The notes below the pieces were generated by a model. It made no database searches. It was given only the letters and a program-made list of their open reading frames with translations, and was not told the origin of the DNA. This document shows positions 62,822 through 64,000 of a stretch of DNA of 64,000 nucleotides, piece by piece; within the stretch, counting starts at the first letter, position 1; each line of letters begins with the position of its first letter. This DNA comes from Terriglobia bacterium. Its GTDB lineage: Bacteria > Acidobacteriota > Terriglobia > 20CM-2-55-15. The stretch covers positions 1 through 64,000 of the forward strand of contig CBDAOY010000007.1 in the NCBI GenBank assembly GCA_965198225.1, read 5' to 3'. A program made the translations under genes and the position numbers.

Positions 62822-64000
62822 GGCGTCGGTCGAGGCCGGATGGCTTGGAAGTATTCCCTGATCAGATTTCGGTATTCACGGGGGATCTGGTCCTGGTTCA
62901 GGAGATCCTGCTGTGCCGGGGTCAAGTCGGATTGCACGTTTCTGTAGTCCAGCTTCGATCGTTGCTCCTGGCTTTCTTCTTCGATCTTCTCGGCTTCTGA
63001 TTCGAGGTCTTCGCTACGCTGCGCCTCCATCCGTTCCTCCTGCAGCTGGACGTCGAGGCTGGTCGGAGCGCCTTCCTTCTCTTCGGGAGAGAAACCGAAT
63101 CCGGACGGCATCTGTCCCGTGCCGGTGGCATCGAAACCCTGCACCTCCTCGGGCTGCCCCGGGGCCTGGGCCTGGTCGGTCATCTGTCCCTCGCCTGCTG
63201 CGCCTGGCGCGAACTCCGGTTCGGCGTCCATTTGACCCGGCTGGGCAGCCTGTTCCTGGCCCATCTGATCCTCTAGTTGCTGCCCCTGCTCACCCTGCTG
63301 TTGTGCCTCGGCCTGCTGGTCCTCCTGCTGTTGACGCATCTGCTCGAGCGCCTCCTCCAGTGCCGCCTGCTGTTCCTGGTTCTGTTGCTCACGCAGTGAG
63401 TTCTGCAGATCTTCCAACTGCTGAGACGCCTGGTTCTTGATCTGCTGGCTTTCCACCATTTCCGAAAGGTCTTCCAACTCCCGGGCCGCGTCCTCCAGAG
63501 CCTGCTGGAGGGCCTCCTGGTCCTGGCTCTGGAGGCTCTCGGAGGCTTCCTGAAGTTGTTCGGCCAGTTCTTCCAGTCCCGGCCGCGTGTTTTCGGAAGC
63601 CTGTTCCAGGACCTCCTGGAGTTGCTCATCAGGTTGCTCGCCGGCACCCAGTTCTTCCGCTAGCCGGCGCATTTCCCCCGCGGCTTGTTCGAGCTCGCCT
63701 CCCGACATCGCTTCGCCGGCTTCCCTCGTGCTTTCGGACTGCTGCAGATCCTGTCCGATCTCGTCCAGGCCTTCGATGATGCTCGCCATATTCAGGTTCC
63801 CCTCATCCATGAGGTCCTGAATCTGATCGAGCTCTTCGAGTGCCTCGCTGGTGGAGAGTTCGCCGCTCCGAAGGGCTTCGATCAACTCTTCGAGCTGCTC
63901 GACGACCTCGTCCTGTTCGAGTTCCTGAGCCTGCTCGATCAGCTCTTCAATCTCTTCGAGAAGCGCTTCATCTTCACTGTTCAACATCAGCGTGGGCGCT
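62818..64000 (-). CDS. Glu/Gln-rich coiled-coil protein of the MoxR operon, 5'-partial
   Basis: Frame open to the window edge; C-terminal IPREYRNLIREYF; ATGA overlap with MoxR gene. Confidence 0.75.

Overview
GC-rich bacterial chromosomal window. Gene content suggests an Acidobacteriota-like organism, but that is inference. Most of it is housekeeping and envelope genes: DUF4922, SpoIID, desaturase, PepN, M23 peptidase, YyaL, MFS, MPG, CHASE2 cyclase, UvrC, Lhr and a MoxR-DUF58-BatA-VWA operon. Main results from reading the DNA: (1) an integrase-less integron cassette array (CALIN) at ~47.8-56.0 kb on the minus strand. It has four attC sites plus a decayed fifth, and three consecutive cassettes obey the R'/R'' complementarity rule. 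Cargo is an amidohydrolase, a TIR protein, a DUF433/DUF5615 toxin-antitoxin pair, a truncated ATP-binding protein and a secreted CxxCH protein. The array is bracketed by two direct copies of a ~90-bp dispersed repeat and damaged by a nested IS3::IS30. (2) A peroxiredoxin-like probable selenoprotein missed by the ORF track (30058-30555, W-UGA-P-N-C with a SECIS-like hairpin). (3) Two IS1182 elements, one inserted in the loop of a REP-like hairpin. (4) Several families of intergenic REP/MITE-like inverted repeats. (5) Three homopolymer frameshifts (ytxJ, R3H-ATPase, uvrC) that may be sequencing errors. No rRNA, tRNA, CRISPR or integrase was recognised. All family assignments are by motif recognition; no searches were run.
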